DNA of 64,000 nucleotides from assembly GCA_004431415.1 (NCBI GenBank), contig QPMI01000602.1:62001-126000 (forward strand), written 5' to 3'. Numbering within the stretch: the first letter of the stretch is position 1; the number at the start of each line of letters is the position of its first letter. The translations under genes and the position numbers were made by a program. The notes beneath the pieces were generated by a model. That model worked only from the letters and a program-made list of their open reading frames with translations. It was not told the DNA's origin and searched no databases. Source of the DNA: Cyanophora paradoxa CCMP329. Taxonomy: Eukaryota > Plantae > Glaucophyta. Positions 1-10,387 of this stretch are shown here, one piece after another.

Positions 1-2110
1 TCATGCCTCCCAGGCGTGCCCCCGCGCCCCAGGCGCCTGATGGCGCACCTTCTGCGGACGTGATTGTGACCGATTACTTTGATGAGCTTGATGATGAGAA
101 TGCGGATGAGACTTCGGATCTTCCTCGTCGCGGCCCCCGCAAGCCTGCAGTTCCTGCACTTAAGCTGCTTGAGAAACCTTCTTTGAATTCCTGGCCCATC
201 TTCATCTCAGCCCCAGTTTCTCAGAAGTATGGCACTTTCATTGTGTGGCCTGGTAGCCGTCAGGCGCTGACCGAAGCTCTCTCATCTTTTGCTGAGGCGA
301 ATGCCATTTTCTCTGGTGTCAATACCTCTTGGTCTTTGGACCCCGTCTGGGGGGAAACTGCAGACATCCGCAAGATCTCTGCTTCTGATCGTGATGTTTT
401 CCTTAAGGGCCGTGCTAAATCGCTTGAAAGTCTTTTCTCTAAGCAGCGTGCTTTTTCTGGCAGTAGCCTATATGTCGATCGTTTGCTGCCCCAGCAATCC
501 AAATCTTTTGTGCATTCCCAGACCCGTGAGGTCTTTCCGAATAATATTCGGCAGTGTGATGCTCATCGCTTCAAATTGTATCCTTCCTTATCTCTTGGTG
601 CTTTTGGATCCTACTTTCACATGCACCGCTCGATGATCTCCCTTCTTGATCTTCTTCCTGAGAATCATGTAGTTCGTCAGCGAATTAGTCAGGATCATCT
701 CCGGTCTCCTACTACTCGTGCTCTTGATCACCTTCAGGCTGCTTCTGTTGTTATGGTGCACCCTCCTTCTGGTGATTCTCCTCCTACCAGCTTTCTGTAT
801 GAATTCGGGTATCAGTCACCCACACCCCATATGCTTGAGATTGATGAGGCTCTTCGTAATATAGCACAGTTTTCTAATGAAGAATTTCTCGATGAGCTTG
901 TGGCCTTTGAGGCAGCCCTTCGATCTGAGGACAACCTTTATCTTTCCTCCAAATATGCCACCTTTCCTCATTGGCTTTCAGATAAGGGTGTCACTGTGCG
1001 CTCCTCCCTTCTCGGGGATGGGGACTTCCCACGCCTTCTCGCAGTGGCTTTCCACCTGCCGGTCACATCCTGTTCTCCGACCATCTCTGAGTCTGCGGCT
1101 AGCTCCTCGTATACTACTTTTTGCCGGCCAAATTTCCAGCCTTGGTCTACTGTGTCTACTTCCTCTTTCCACTGCCGTTTCTCTTTGCTTGTAGAGGTCC
1201 CTGTCACTCATCCTCTTCACTTGGCCTCTCGTGGGCAGTATGACAAGCTGAAATCTTCTTCCGGTCTTCCTACTAAGATTCAGTCCATAGGCTTGCAAGG
1301 CCTTCATGGTGTTAGTCGGTTTCATGTCAACTCTCCTCGTCCTGAGTTTGCTAGTGTCCCCTACTGGGCTTCTGTCGCAGATCCCACCCGCTCCTCCAAC
1401 ATGAATTATTTTTCTGCGAATACTGCAGCCAATTGCGGCCTCCCTGCAGTCCAGGAGTGTACAGATCATACCCACCCTATTCGTACTGCGTATTATACCA
1501 TTCGGGCTCTTTCTGATTCTCGCATTTTGTATCACTTCCACCGTGATCCTACTTTCTACTTTTTGCCCGCTACTGTCTCCGACACTATTAAGTCTTTCCA
1601 CATTAAGCAGAAGGGTCAGCATGTTGCAGATATCATTACTCGTGAGGCTCGTGCGGCTCGTCAGTCTGCTAGCGCTGCAGCTTCGTCTTCTCGTGCCCAT
1701 CGTTCTCCTTCTCCTCCTCCTAAGCGTGGCCGCTCTTCTGGAGGGAGCCATGGCTCTGGAGATGATATGGATGAGGCTGTTTTGTAATTTGATTGCATTT
1801 GCTCCTGCTTCTGCCTTTGTTTTGTGGGTTGCCACCCTCAATACCCCGGGCGGCTCGATAGGGAGCGGGTCGTTCCGGGATTCGGGGTATTCCATGGTGG
1901 GGGCCCTGTGGGTCTCTGCATGGTTTCTTTCCTTCTGCTTTTTCGGTGCAGGGGCCCGGCCCCTGTCCCTTGCGGTGCGTACGCACACCACTACCTGTGC
2001 TGGGTAGGTCCCTGGCGTGCCTTGCATGTCCCGCTCGGGGCCTCTGCGGCATTGCCATACCTTTTCACCCCAGTCCACGGGCGTGTCTTTTGCTTCATCT
2101 CTCTCTCTCT
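1..2110 (+). mobile_element. Unidentified inserted element (right end only) nested in the endogenous virus
   Basis: Intronless pyrimidine-rich ORF, then a GC-rich hairpin-forming 3' segment ending in a (CT)n run at ~2098-2111. Composition switches abruptly to AT-rich viral sequence there, and the viral ORF read from 2398 turns into REREM... exactly at the run. Confidence 0.45.
3..1787 (+). CDS. Orphan 594-aa protein (acidic N-terminus, Ser/Arg-rich C-terminus)
   Basis: Long uninterrupted ORF with strong T-ending codon bias (TCT, GCT, CCT, CTT, CGT), unlike both host and virus. No domain recognised. Confidence 0.6.
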   Translation: MPPRRAPAPQAPDGAPSADVIVTDYFDELDDENADETSDLPRRGPRKPAVPALKLLEKPSLNSWPIFISAPVSQKYGTFIVWPGSRQALTEALSSFAEANAIFSGVNTSWSLDPVWGETADIRKISASDRDVFLKGRAKSLESLFSKQRAFSGSSLYVDRLLPQQSKSFVHSQTREVFPNNIRQCDAHRFKLYPSLSLGAFGSYFHMHRSMISLLDLLPENHVVRQRISQDHLRSPTTRALDHLQAASVVMVHPPSGDSPPTSFLYEFGYQSPTPHMLEIDEALRNIAQFSNEEFLDELVAFEAALRSEDNLYLSSKYATFPHWLSDKGVTVRSSLLGDGDFPRLLAVAFHLPVTSCSPTISESAASSSYTTFCRPNFQPWSTVSTSSFHCRFSLLVEVPVTHPLHLASRGQYDKLKSSSGLPTKIQSIGLQGLHGVSRFHVNSPRPEFASVPYWASVADPTRSSNMNYFSANTAANCGLPAVQECTDHTHPIRTAYYTIRALSDSRILYHFHRDPTFYFLPATVSDTIKSFHIKQKGQHVADIITREARAARQSASAAASSSRAHRSPSPPPKRGRSSGGSHGSGDDMDEAVL

Positions 2111-2398
2111 CGCTCCAAGGGCTTGGTAAGCAACAGAAAGAGCTTGAATGTTGGCTGTCATTGCTTTGATATTGCTATCGCACTCAGTGTATTTAGCAAC
2201 AGGGTCGCCATAAGCCGATTGCGCAAGGACATTAACCAAGAGGTTTTTATATTCATGAACAACTGGTGACAGTTTGGTAGTTTGCTGGATCGTTTTTTCG
2301 ACATTTTGTAGTGCGGCTACAAGTTTGATAGTATCAAAAGCAAGAGCGACAGGCTCAGAAGAAGTAGAAGGAGTTCCACCGAGTGGATATGTCGCCAT
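2111..2398 (-). pseudogene. Small viral helical protein, C-terminally interrupted by the nested element
   Basis: Starts 3 nt after the fibre stop (TAA TAA ATG). Reads MATYPLGG...YQALGA, then runs into the (GA)n end of the insert. Confidence 0.5.
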
Positions 2399-2401
2399 TT
2401 A

Positions 2402-5400
2402 TTATACCGAGACATTTTTAATTTGATCTATTTGATCTTGTAAACTCTTGCATTTCTGGGATAATTCTTTAACGGCTTCTATGAGAACTGGAATTAAACC
2501 CGTATATGCAAGGGTTAAATAATTTTCGTGATTTTTACCTACTACTTCTGGTATCACTTTTTCGACATCTTGCGCAATTAAACCTAAATTTACTTTCTGT
2601 TTTTCATCACCAATCTTTTTATAACTCACACCCTGTAATTTCTCGATTGCTGAAAGGGCGCCGGTTATATTTTTAATGTCGGTTTTGTATCTTCTATCAC
2701 TTCCTTGTGTAAGCCATCCCCAAAAGTAAACGTCACCATTATTATAAAAAGCTTGCATTGTTATATCATTTCCTGCTCTAAAATGGATCATTTCGTAACC
2801 ATAACCTTTAATGTATGTAGTTGATGATGAACCGAAATAAACTCTCCCATAATTATCATCTGATGTTATCCAAGTTCCGGTTGCCCAAGTTGTGCGAGCA
2901 TCTTTACTATATACATTATCCCAACTGATCATACCATTTGCTGGTGCGGTTCTTCCTTTTTCTTTTGTCCAACCAATCATGCCAATGTGACATCTCCCTT
3001 TTCTTGCAACAAATCTAACATGAGAAAATGTATCACAATGGAAAGACGTCCATGTTAAGCCATCATGCCAATCTGAATCGTAATTATTTGAAACGACTTG
3101 GTAGCAATTCACCCTCATAATGTGATGCCACCTCCCATTTCGATAGCCTCCAATATCGAAATATCTGCAATTTGTCCAACACAAATACTGAACATGACAT
3201 GTTTTCATATTGGCTGGGACTTCAATTTGTGCATAATCTGAACTTGTTTGATCATCTACATTGTTGCTATAAAATCCATCAATGGGATTAGTGTAAGAAG
3301 GAACCCAACCTCCTGTCCAAGATCCAACATAATTAAGACTGTAACTACCATGTCCACTCCAAGTATCAAAACCTGTAATGTTTCCAATCGAATTGGTGAC
3401 ATCTGTTAACGACAGATAGGATGTAGGAATAGTAGGTTTACTGTAAACATTATTCCAATGAATAAAACCGGTTGAACCACCATGAGAACTACTATGTGCG
3501 CGATCGTGTGTAAAACCAATTCCCATAATGTGAACTCTTCCGACTTTTGGATAAATACGAATGTGAGTAAATCGACCGGCAAGGAAGATTGGGACATTAT
3601 TAACTCCATTGTGGTAACCGTCGCTACTGCCGTCATGTGGTTGATAGTTATTAACTCTCGTAATAAATACGACTGCTCCATTACTACGGACTCCCCAAAT
3701 TTCAAAATAACGGCAATTATACCATGGTAAATGTGTAAGGAATGCTGTCCCATTTACTAATGCTGCTGGGATTGTGTATTGAATCCAAGTAGTTGTAGGA
3801 ACTGCTGTATCATAGGATTCACTGTTGTGTGCATAACTTCCATAATTATATCCTGGATCCCAATACCACCCACCACCGGTTATCCAAGTTCCGCTCGATA
3901 ACTGATAAGCACCACCTGCTACTGTGTCATCAAAAGCGTAACATTTCGGAACGTCATAACCATTTCTCTTTAATGTTGCAACATCTATGGTTGTTGCGCC
4001 AATGGTGGTAGCGCTTATTGTGGGAACTGTCAAAGTGTTGTTTATCCAAAGGTTACCATTGTTATAAGACTTTAAAATTGCTCCATCTGCTGAGTTTCTG
4101 AATTCAATTGAGACACCATCACCATTTGGTCTCCCTCGTATATATGTGCAATCGCCATTACCAAACCAAATTCGCTCGACTGCATCTACTGATTTTAACC
4201 ATGTGTTAGTTGCCCATGTTGCCGTTCCTGGGAGGTCTGCGGCTGAGTAAAATGATGGTTTGCTAAATATATTATCCCAAGAGATCATGCCCAATTCATT
4301 ATCTGTTGCTCTCTGTCTGCTCCACCCAAAAACACCTGTGAGATGAATGCGACCTTTTCGACCTTGAATATATATCTTTGTGTAAAACTCACAATTGATT
4401 GAGACAAACAAAAGAGTATTATGTGTCCCATCTTGATTAACTTCCTGGATTCCCTGATATGCATTTATACGTTTTAAGAAATGCTGGTTATTATTGGCTG
4501 TTTGCCCGTAGATGTCATAATATCGACAATTCGCCCACGGCATATGCTGAATATAAAATGATTTCATACCTGTCGGAACAACCCACCTCATCCAACATCC
4601 GCTACAATCTTCATCATTTAGTGGTGTTGTGAAACATCCTGTTTGTCCTGTTCTTGCTGTCCATCCTAAATTCCAATTATTTGCGCTTCTATCTGTCGAA
4701 ATAACATCTAATTGGTCGAAATCATAACCTTTTGGAATTGTGGTTCCACCAATTTGTAGAGTGGTAGCATTCACAGTTCCATTGACAGTCCCACCTGTAA
4801 GAGGTAGATAATTCGCAAGAGCTGAGGTTAACTCTGCATCGGTTGTGTAAGTGCTTAAATCCGCGGATGTGAGATATCCTTTATTGGTAAGGTAATCATC
4901 TGTAACAACACCTGAAAGGGTTGTATTGTGTAAGTTTTTCGCCGCCATTCTCTGATTGACTTCTAAGGCGCCACCTGATGTTGTTTTAATCCAGGACATC
5001 TCACATTTACCATGATCATCTGTGGGTTGTCCTGCAACTGGAAGGTAGTTTACAACTTTCTCCCTTGTGAAAACTATTTTAGGTCTTGCTCCATCATATG
5101 CACTTTGATCTGTTACATTTACTTGTATCGCTGCTGAAAAATCAGCTACTTGTCCTGTTTCACCCGGGTGATAATTCGTAACATAGATACTGGGGAAAGT
5201 ATCATTTACTCCTACATTAAAATCGCCATCGTAAATTGTATTCACGATAGAATCCCTCGGTAATCTTACTGCAAGAGTCCCCACCATCGGTGTGCCTTCT
5301 TGACCTGTAAATGACCCATTGAGACTAACATAATGATCATTCAAAAATAGCCTTTCAGGTGTATTAATCGATTGGTAAAGTGTGACTCCATTAAAAACAT

Positions 5401-7929
5401 TTCCGATTGCATTCAATTGCGCAAAAACTGGCTGTTGATCTATTTCGTCCCAATTGTGCCTATGTGCAAAATCTGAGATATCCACTTTTGTGTGGGTATG
5501 TGCAAAATCTGTAATATCTGCTTTTAGGTGAGTATGTGCAAAGTCTGTAATATCTGCTTTAAGGTGGGTGTGTGCAAAATCTGTGATATCCGCTTTGACG
5601 TGTTCATGTGCGAAATCCGTAATATCTGCTTTGACATGTTTGTGTGCGAAATCTGTTATTTGGTCTTTTGTGTGAGTATGGGCGAAATCTGTAATATCCG
5701 CTTTGACGTGTTCATGTGCGAAATTCGTAATATCTGCTTTGACATGTTTGTGTGCGAAATCTGTTATTTGGTCTTTTGTGTGAGTGTGGGCAAAATCTGT
5801 AATATCGGCTTTGACGTGTTCATGTGCGAAATCTGTAATATCGGCTTTAACATGTTCATGGTTTGAGGGTGGGAATGTTTCGGGTGCGTCAGGGATATTA
5901 TCCCATCTAAAATAATCTTCTGTTACGACTCTTGAAATATTTTCGTTATGAATGTTTTTTGCTGAGGCTCTCTGATTGATTTCTAAAAGACCCTCAGGAA
6001 CTCCACCGTTATAATTTGTTTTAATCCATGCTACCTCACATTGTTTATAATCGTCACGATCTCCTAAAAGTGTTTCTGCTGCGAGTTGTTCACGACTGAA
6101 TATAAGTTTTGGTCTTGATCCATCCAAATCGCTAACATTCGTCACATTAATTTGAATGGCTGCGTTTTTGTCGGTATAGTTTGCCGGATCTGATGGTAAA
6201 GATATTAAACCTCCTGTCATTGGGACGTCTTCCGCATAATAACTGGTTAAGTAGATTCCCGGTTTTGTGTCTTTTATTTCAATACCACCACCAAGTGGTA
6301 ATATTACATCCCTTGTGGGTGGTCTAATATACAATTCGCCATCCATTGTGGTGCCTGCATCGATTCCCTGACGATTCACATAATAATCGTTTAATTGTAA
6401 TCTTTCTGGTGTGTCTATATTTTGGTAGAGACTCACACCATTGTTAATATCTCCTAATAATACATTTCCTGCTGATGCAAAAGTGGGCTGCTCTCGTATT
6501 TCGCTCCAAATATGTAAATGGTCTTCCGGCGGAAACTCAGGTGGAATTCCATCGATATCGCCCCAATCATGCCTGTGATCTTCAGGTGGATATTTCTCAG
6601 GTTTACCCAAGATCTCATCCCAATCATGGTTGTGATCCTCTGGTGGATATCTCGCTGGTTTGTTGTTGATCTGTTCCCAATCTGGAAAGAACTCAAAAAG
6701 CTCCGGTTGTAATCCATCTGGTAAAAACTCCTCATGGGGTTCATAAGGTTGCTCATAATCCACAACTGGTGGTTCGAGACCATCTGCTAAATATTCCTCA
6801 TGGGGTTCATAATTCTGTTCATACTGATACTCTTGTGGATCTAAACCATCGGGTAAATACTCTTCCTCATTTGGGTCGAATTGATCATACTCATACTCTT
6901 GCGGGTCGAAACCGTCAGGTAAAAACTCTTCCTCATCTGGACAAATTGGTAATCATCAAGCTCTAATATATCGATTTCAGGAGGTAAATACTGTTCATCT
7001 ATTTGTTTTTTCGGTTCGAAGATAGGTTTATTGCGAACTTGCTCCCAACTGACAATATGTTGACCGAAAGGAACTGTCTCATCAGCAACTCGCTCTCGAC
7101 CAGGTCCATCCGGGATTGGCGGCTTTGGTAACCCTGGAAGAGGTGGTATAGGGACAATAGGTCCGAAGTAGTAGTTGAAAATGTTGATAACCTGCTCTTC
7201 AGTGCTAACCTTCTTACCATCCTGATAAATATTAGTTCCATGAATATTTCTCCACTGCCTGGTGCGAAGCCCTAGGTCATATCTATCATGCAATGCCGGG
7301 AGCAGGTGCCTGTCAGCCTCAATCAAGATAGAGCCGAAGGTGCATCCAGGAATATCGAACCTGGTGGCTGGCTCGGTATCGATTTGATTTACATCAAACC
7401 CGAAAAGAAGATTTGCTTCTCGTGCATCGGTATATAGTAGATCCCAGGGGAACGGCTGAATTTGTGATGCAAGCACTGATATTGCAGCATCTTCGCCAAG
7501 GAGAATTCGCCCAGTGATTTGAGCCGCAGTTTTGTTTGCGACATCATTTGATTCATCAATTAGACGTAGAGCTGATGTATGGACCCCTCTATCATTTTGG
7601 AGCCTAAATATCAATCTACCAGAATCATACTTGGAGACTGTGCCTGAGGAGGCAATTCGCAGGTGTCGTGGCAACGCCCTGGACCCAATAATTTCAGCAA
7701 CAAAGTTCTCAGTGGGACCAAGACAGAATCTCTGTGCAATATCTGGGGCACCAACGTGAGAGTTCCGCAGAATTAATGCAGCTGGTCGACTAAACTCGGT
7801 CCTGTGGATGTCACGATCAGCATTGAAGTCTGCCAAGATGCTTCCAAAAACGCGAATATTAATGAGTCGATCATCAACGAAATCTGGAGATCTACGAAGT
7901 GGCACTGGCTTCTTCAAGATGTAGGACAT
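2402..7929 (-). CDS. Giant phage-type fibre / receptor-binding protein with C-terminal intramolecular chaperone (Peptidase S74); ~1,840 aa, one frameshift at ~6941
   Basis: C-terminal SDRRYKTDI...LGLIAQDVEKVIPEVV...LIEAVKEL coiled coil is the S74 signature. Also HxH-KADITDFA and HxHxWxxIxxKP repeats and the fibre motif LLPALHDRYDLGLRTRQWRNI. ORFs 6841-7929 and 2402-6763 join if one base is restored in CAATTTG(A)TCCA, which restores the QFDP/EEFLPDG repeats. Confidence 0.85.
5456..5860 (-). repeat. 36-bp coding tandem repeat x11 (HxHxKADITDFA) with a 108-bp higher-order unit
   Basis: Directly visible; the HEH/HTH/HKH triplet is duplicated. Confidence 0.95.
6700..6945 (-). repeat. Four acidic ~20-aa coding repeats (P-x-EE-[FY]-L-[PA]-DG)
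   Basis: The frame of the 2402-6763 ORF extended upstream reads PDEEEFLPDGFDPQEYEYDQFDPNEEEYLPDGLDPQEYQYEQNYEPHEEYLADGLEPPVVDYEQPYEPHEEFLPDG. Confidence 0.85.
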
Positions 7930-7953
7930 TTTTATATAAGCCCCCTTTTAAAA
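7930..7953. promoter_or_regulatory. 24-bp divergent intergenic region / putative bidirectional promoter (fibre and patatin)
   Basis: TATATAAAA-ATG on the minus strand and TTTTAAAA-ATG on the plus strand. Confidence 0.5.
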
Positions 7954-9438
7954 ATGAAGGTCATTCTCTCGTTATCAGGTGGAGGTGCTCGTGGTATAAT
8001 TATTGCCAGAATTCTGCAACGGATTGAGGCGATTACTGGGAAAGCAATACCACAGCTGTTTGATTTCTTTGCAGGCACCTCAACAGGGGCAATAATAGCG
8101 GCCGGATTGGCGATCCCATCAACTCCAGGCTCTGTTCTTGCTTACCGATATTCTGCAGGTGATATCTTGAGTCTATATCAAACGAACCTGCCAACAATAT
8201 TTGCAAATCCAAGATCACTGACAAGCTTGCTCTCAGGAAGCCGGTATGATGCAAACCCTCTAGAGTCGGTGCTTACAGACGTTGCCCTGGACTACACAAT
8301 TGCAGAATCGACAAAAGACATATTAATTACAGCGTTTGATACAGTTCGGATGCAGCCAGTAGTTTTTACGAAGGATGGGCCATATTCAAGCACGCTGATT
8401 CGTGATGCAGTGAGAGCATCTTCTGCAGCGCCTACATTCTTTCCACCGAAGGTTCTAGGGGACAAAAACCTTGTTGACGGGGCGATAGCCTGTTTGAATA
8501 ATCCCTCAGTTGCTGCACTCAGCCACGCCAGTAAAATTTACGATGCAGAAGATCCAATTGTTCTTGTGAGCATCAGCTGCGGAGAGGTCCAAGCTAGCGA
8601 GCAATTGACTGCAGGTTTTTCAAATGCGGAGACGTCAGGCTGGGGCGCCCTGGGCTGGATCCTATCCCTCTCGGGCAGCCCAATTATTTCGATGCTAATG
8701 GCTGGTAGCGAGCTGGAATCCCACTTTCAAATGCAGGAACTGCTTCCAGTTGATGCGGATAGGAATCTAACAAGATACTGGCGTTTAAGTGTTCCGCTGC
8801 CAGCTGCAGTCATGAGCAAGCTTGATGATGCCTCCCCATCGAATATTTCTTATTTGATTTCCACAACAGATTTATGGCTGAAACAAATCGAAATAAATGC
8901 TAAAATAAATGCACTCTGCAGCTTTCTATTGGCGAACTACGACCTACTGAACGATGAGAGACTAATCATATCGTCTACTTTAACAGTTGAGCCTCCATTT
9001 GATGTCAACTGGTTTATAATTCCAGATGCGAATATCACAAGCAACGACTTCGAGGAATTGCACCCACCTTCTCACGTGCGACCCAACTCAACAGGGTTTC
9101 AGGGTGGCACTTTACCTAATCCCTGGATCAAAGTCGAGTTTCCCAAGCCTTTTGAGCTACATCAAATCATTATGTATGGGCCAGCCTTTGCTGCCGGAGT
9201 CCTATTTAATTTCAGCATTCTGACCAACTTAGGATATGTCCAAGATGGGAGGCTTTTTGAAAATACGGTCCTAGCAAATGTGCTTGCTGCAAACCCATCT
9301 ATGACAGGCTTCGATCTAATGCATAGTGACTCGCATTTGATCACCCCACAGGTGTATAACTATGTGCAAATTATAACAAACGAATTTATAAATGTAAATG
9401 CGTTCCGGCTTGATTTCCGGGGACGTTACATTAATTAG
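7954..9438 (+). CDS. Patatin-like phospholipase with C-terminal beta-sandwich (discoidin/F5-8-like) extension
   Basis: LSLSGGGARG oxyanion loop, GTSTG nucleophile elbow, SSAAPTFFPP and catalytic DGA. The C-terminal PWIKVEFPKPFELHQIIMYG...YNYVQI resembles galactose-binding domains. ATG 7954 preferred over GTG 7804. Confidence 0.9.
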   Translation: MKVILSLSGGGARGIIIARILQRIEAITGKAIPQLFDFFAGTSTGAIIAAGLAIPSTPGSVLAYRYSAGDILSLYQTNLPTIFANPRSLTSLLSGSRYDANPLESVLTDVALDYTIAESTKDILITAFDTVRMQPVVFTKDGPYSSTLIRDAVRASSAAPTFFPPKVLGDKNLVDGAIACLNNPSVAALSHASKIYDAEDPIVLVSISCGEVQASEQLTAGFSNAETSGWGALGWILSLSGSPIISMLMAGSELESHFQMQELLPVDADRNLTRYWRLSVPLPAAVMSKLDDASPSNISYLISTTDLWLKQIEINAKINALCSFLLANYDLLNDERLIISSTLTVEPPFDVNWFIIPDANITSNDFEELHPPSHVRPNSTGFQGGTLPNPWIKVEFPKPFELHQIIMYGPAFAAGVLFNFSILTNLGYVQDGRLFENTVLANVLAANPSMTGFDLMHSDSHLITPQVYNYVQIITNEFINVNAFRLDFRGRYIN

Positions 9439-9763
9439 GCGGCGGCATGAATGCCCAGGAAATCAGAGAGAGTCCAAGACGTGTTGGAATAGTTCTGCCA
9501 GATTTATCTTTCTCCCAAAATGGTGCTCCATTACGCCCTCCCAGTCGCCTCTTAATGTAATTCTCTCTTCGCTGATACCAAGTTGTGTTTTTGGTTGCGA
9601 GCTCCTTTTTGATTCCGTCAGGACCAAATCGGCGGTAAGCTTGCAGAAAACCTATGTTTGTTTGTGTGCTTGGCTTATCTCCAATCGCAACAAGTGATAC
9701 TTTTTTGTCCCGCATCAACGGCAAGTACTTTTCAATCTGAGCTAAAGGCATCAACTGCGACAT
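9431..9763 (-). CDS. Small basic hypothetical viral protein
   Basis: 110-aa ORF preceded by TATATAAAAA-ATG; its stop overlaps the patatin stop; ends PTRLGLSLISWAF. Confidence 0.65.
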   Translation of the reverse strand: MSQLMPLAQIEKYLPLMRDKKVSLVAIGDKPSTQTNIGFLQAYRRFGPDGIKKELATKNTTWYQRRENYIKRRLGGRNGAPFWEKDKSGRTIPTRLGLSLISWAFMPPPN

Positions 9764-9871
9764 TTTTTATATATTGTGCCGCTTTTAAAATCAGTGCGGA
9801 GCACAAGTGGCTTCTTGCCTTAAAGAGATTGAAGGTTTCTAACTGAAAAGGTGAGCAGTCCAGCTGTAGAA

Positions 9872-10387
9872 ATGGACATTCCTTATGGAGCAGTAACAGT
9901 TCCACTTCGCGATCACCGAGGGAATATCAGAGCCTATGCCCTTGTGTCCCAAGAGGATGCTGAAAGAGTGCTTCAAAATAAATGGCATTTGAATGATGGC
10001 AATGGCTATGCAGTAAGAAGTGTGAAAGTGGATGGAAAGAAAAAAACAATTAGATTGCATAATTTCCTTTACCCGAATATTGAGGGAGGGTTGACAGTGG
10101 ATCATATCAATTTAAACAAACTTGATAATAGACGTGAAAACTTACGAGTAGCAACAAAGCGGCAGCAGAATTTGAATCGTGGCCAGCTGCGAAATAACAC
10201 AAGTGGTTTCATTGGTGTTTGCTTCCATCAGCAGCGTGGAAAATGGCATGCTAAATTTAAAATAAATGGTCGTCAAAAGCACATCGGCTACTATACTACT
10301 GCTGAAGCTGCTGCTAGTGCTCGAGATGCCTATGCGCTTGCAAATACTCCCGAAGTTGATCACCCATTTCTACAACTTAACTTCTAA
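9872..10387 (+). CDS. HNH homing endonuclease with AP2 DNA-binding domain (copy 1)
   Basis: VDHINLNKLDNRRENLR (HNH_3) followed by NNTSGFIGV...KWHA...HIGYYTTAEAAASARD (AP2). Confidence 0.92.
   Translation: MDIPYGAVTVPLRDHRGNIRAYALVSQEDAERVLQNKWHLNDGNGYAVRSVKVDGKKKTIRLHNFLYPNIEGGLTVDHINLNKLDNRRENLRVATKRQQNLNRGQLRNNTSGFIGVCFHQQRGKWHAKFKINGRQKHIGYYTTAEAAASARDAYALANTPEVDHPFLQLNF

Noticed and set aside
1465-1570. HPIR...Y as a tyrosine recombinase active site in the orphan ORF
   Set aside because: Spacing and context (no upstream catalytic Arg box, no GRW/H-x-S motif) do not fit, so the element cannot be called DIRS/Ngaro on this basis.
978-2078. 366-aa minus-strand ORF
   Set aside because: Antisense to the codon-biased 594-aa ORF with no recognisable motifs; likely a shadow.
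5456-5860. 36-bp repeats as a CRISPR array or DGR template/variable pair
   Set aside because: The units are contiguous in-frame coding repeats with no spacers, no adenine-specific variation, and no reverse transcriptase in view.
7804-7953. N-terminal extension of patatin from GTG 7804 (likewise the 11283, 13813 and 9851 starts)
   Set aside because: These extensions overlap divergent genes or use non-ATG starts; the downstream ATGs fit domain boundaries and mostly have A-rich leaders.
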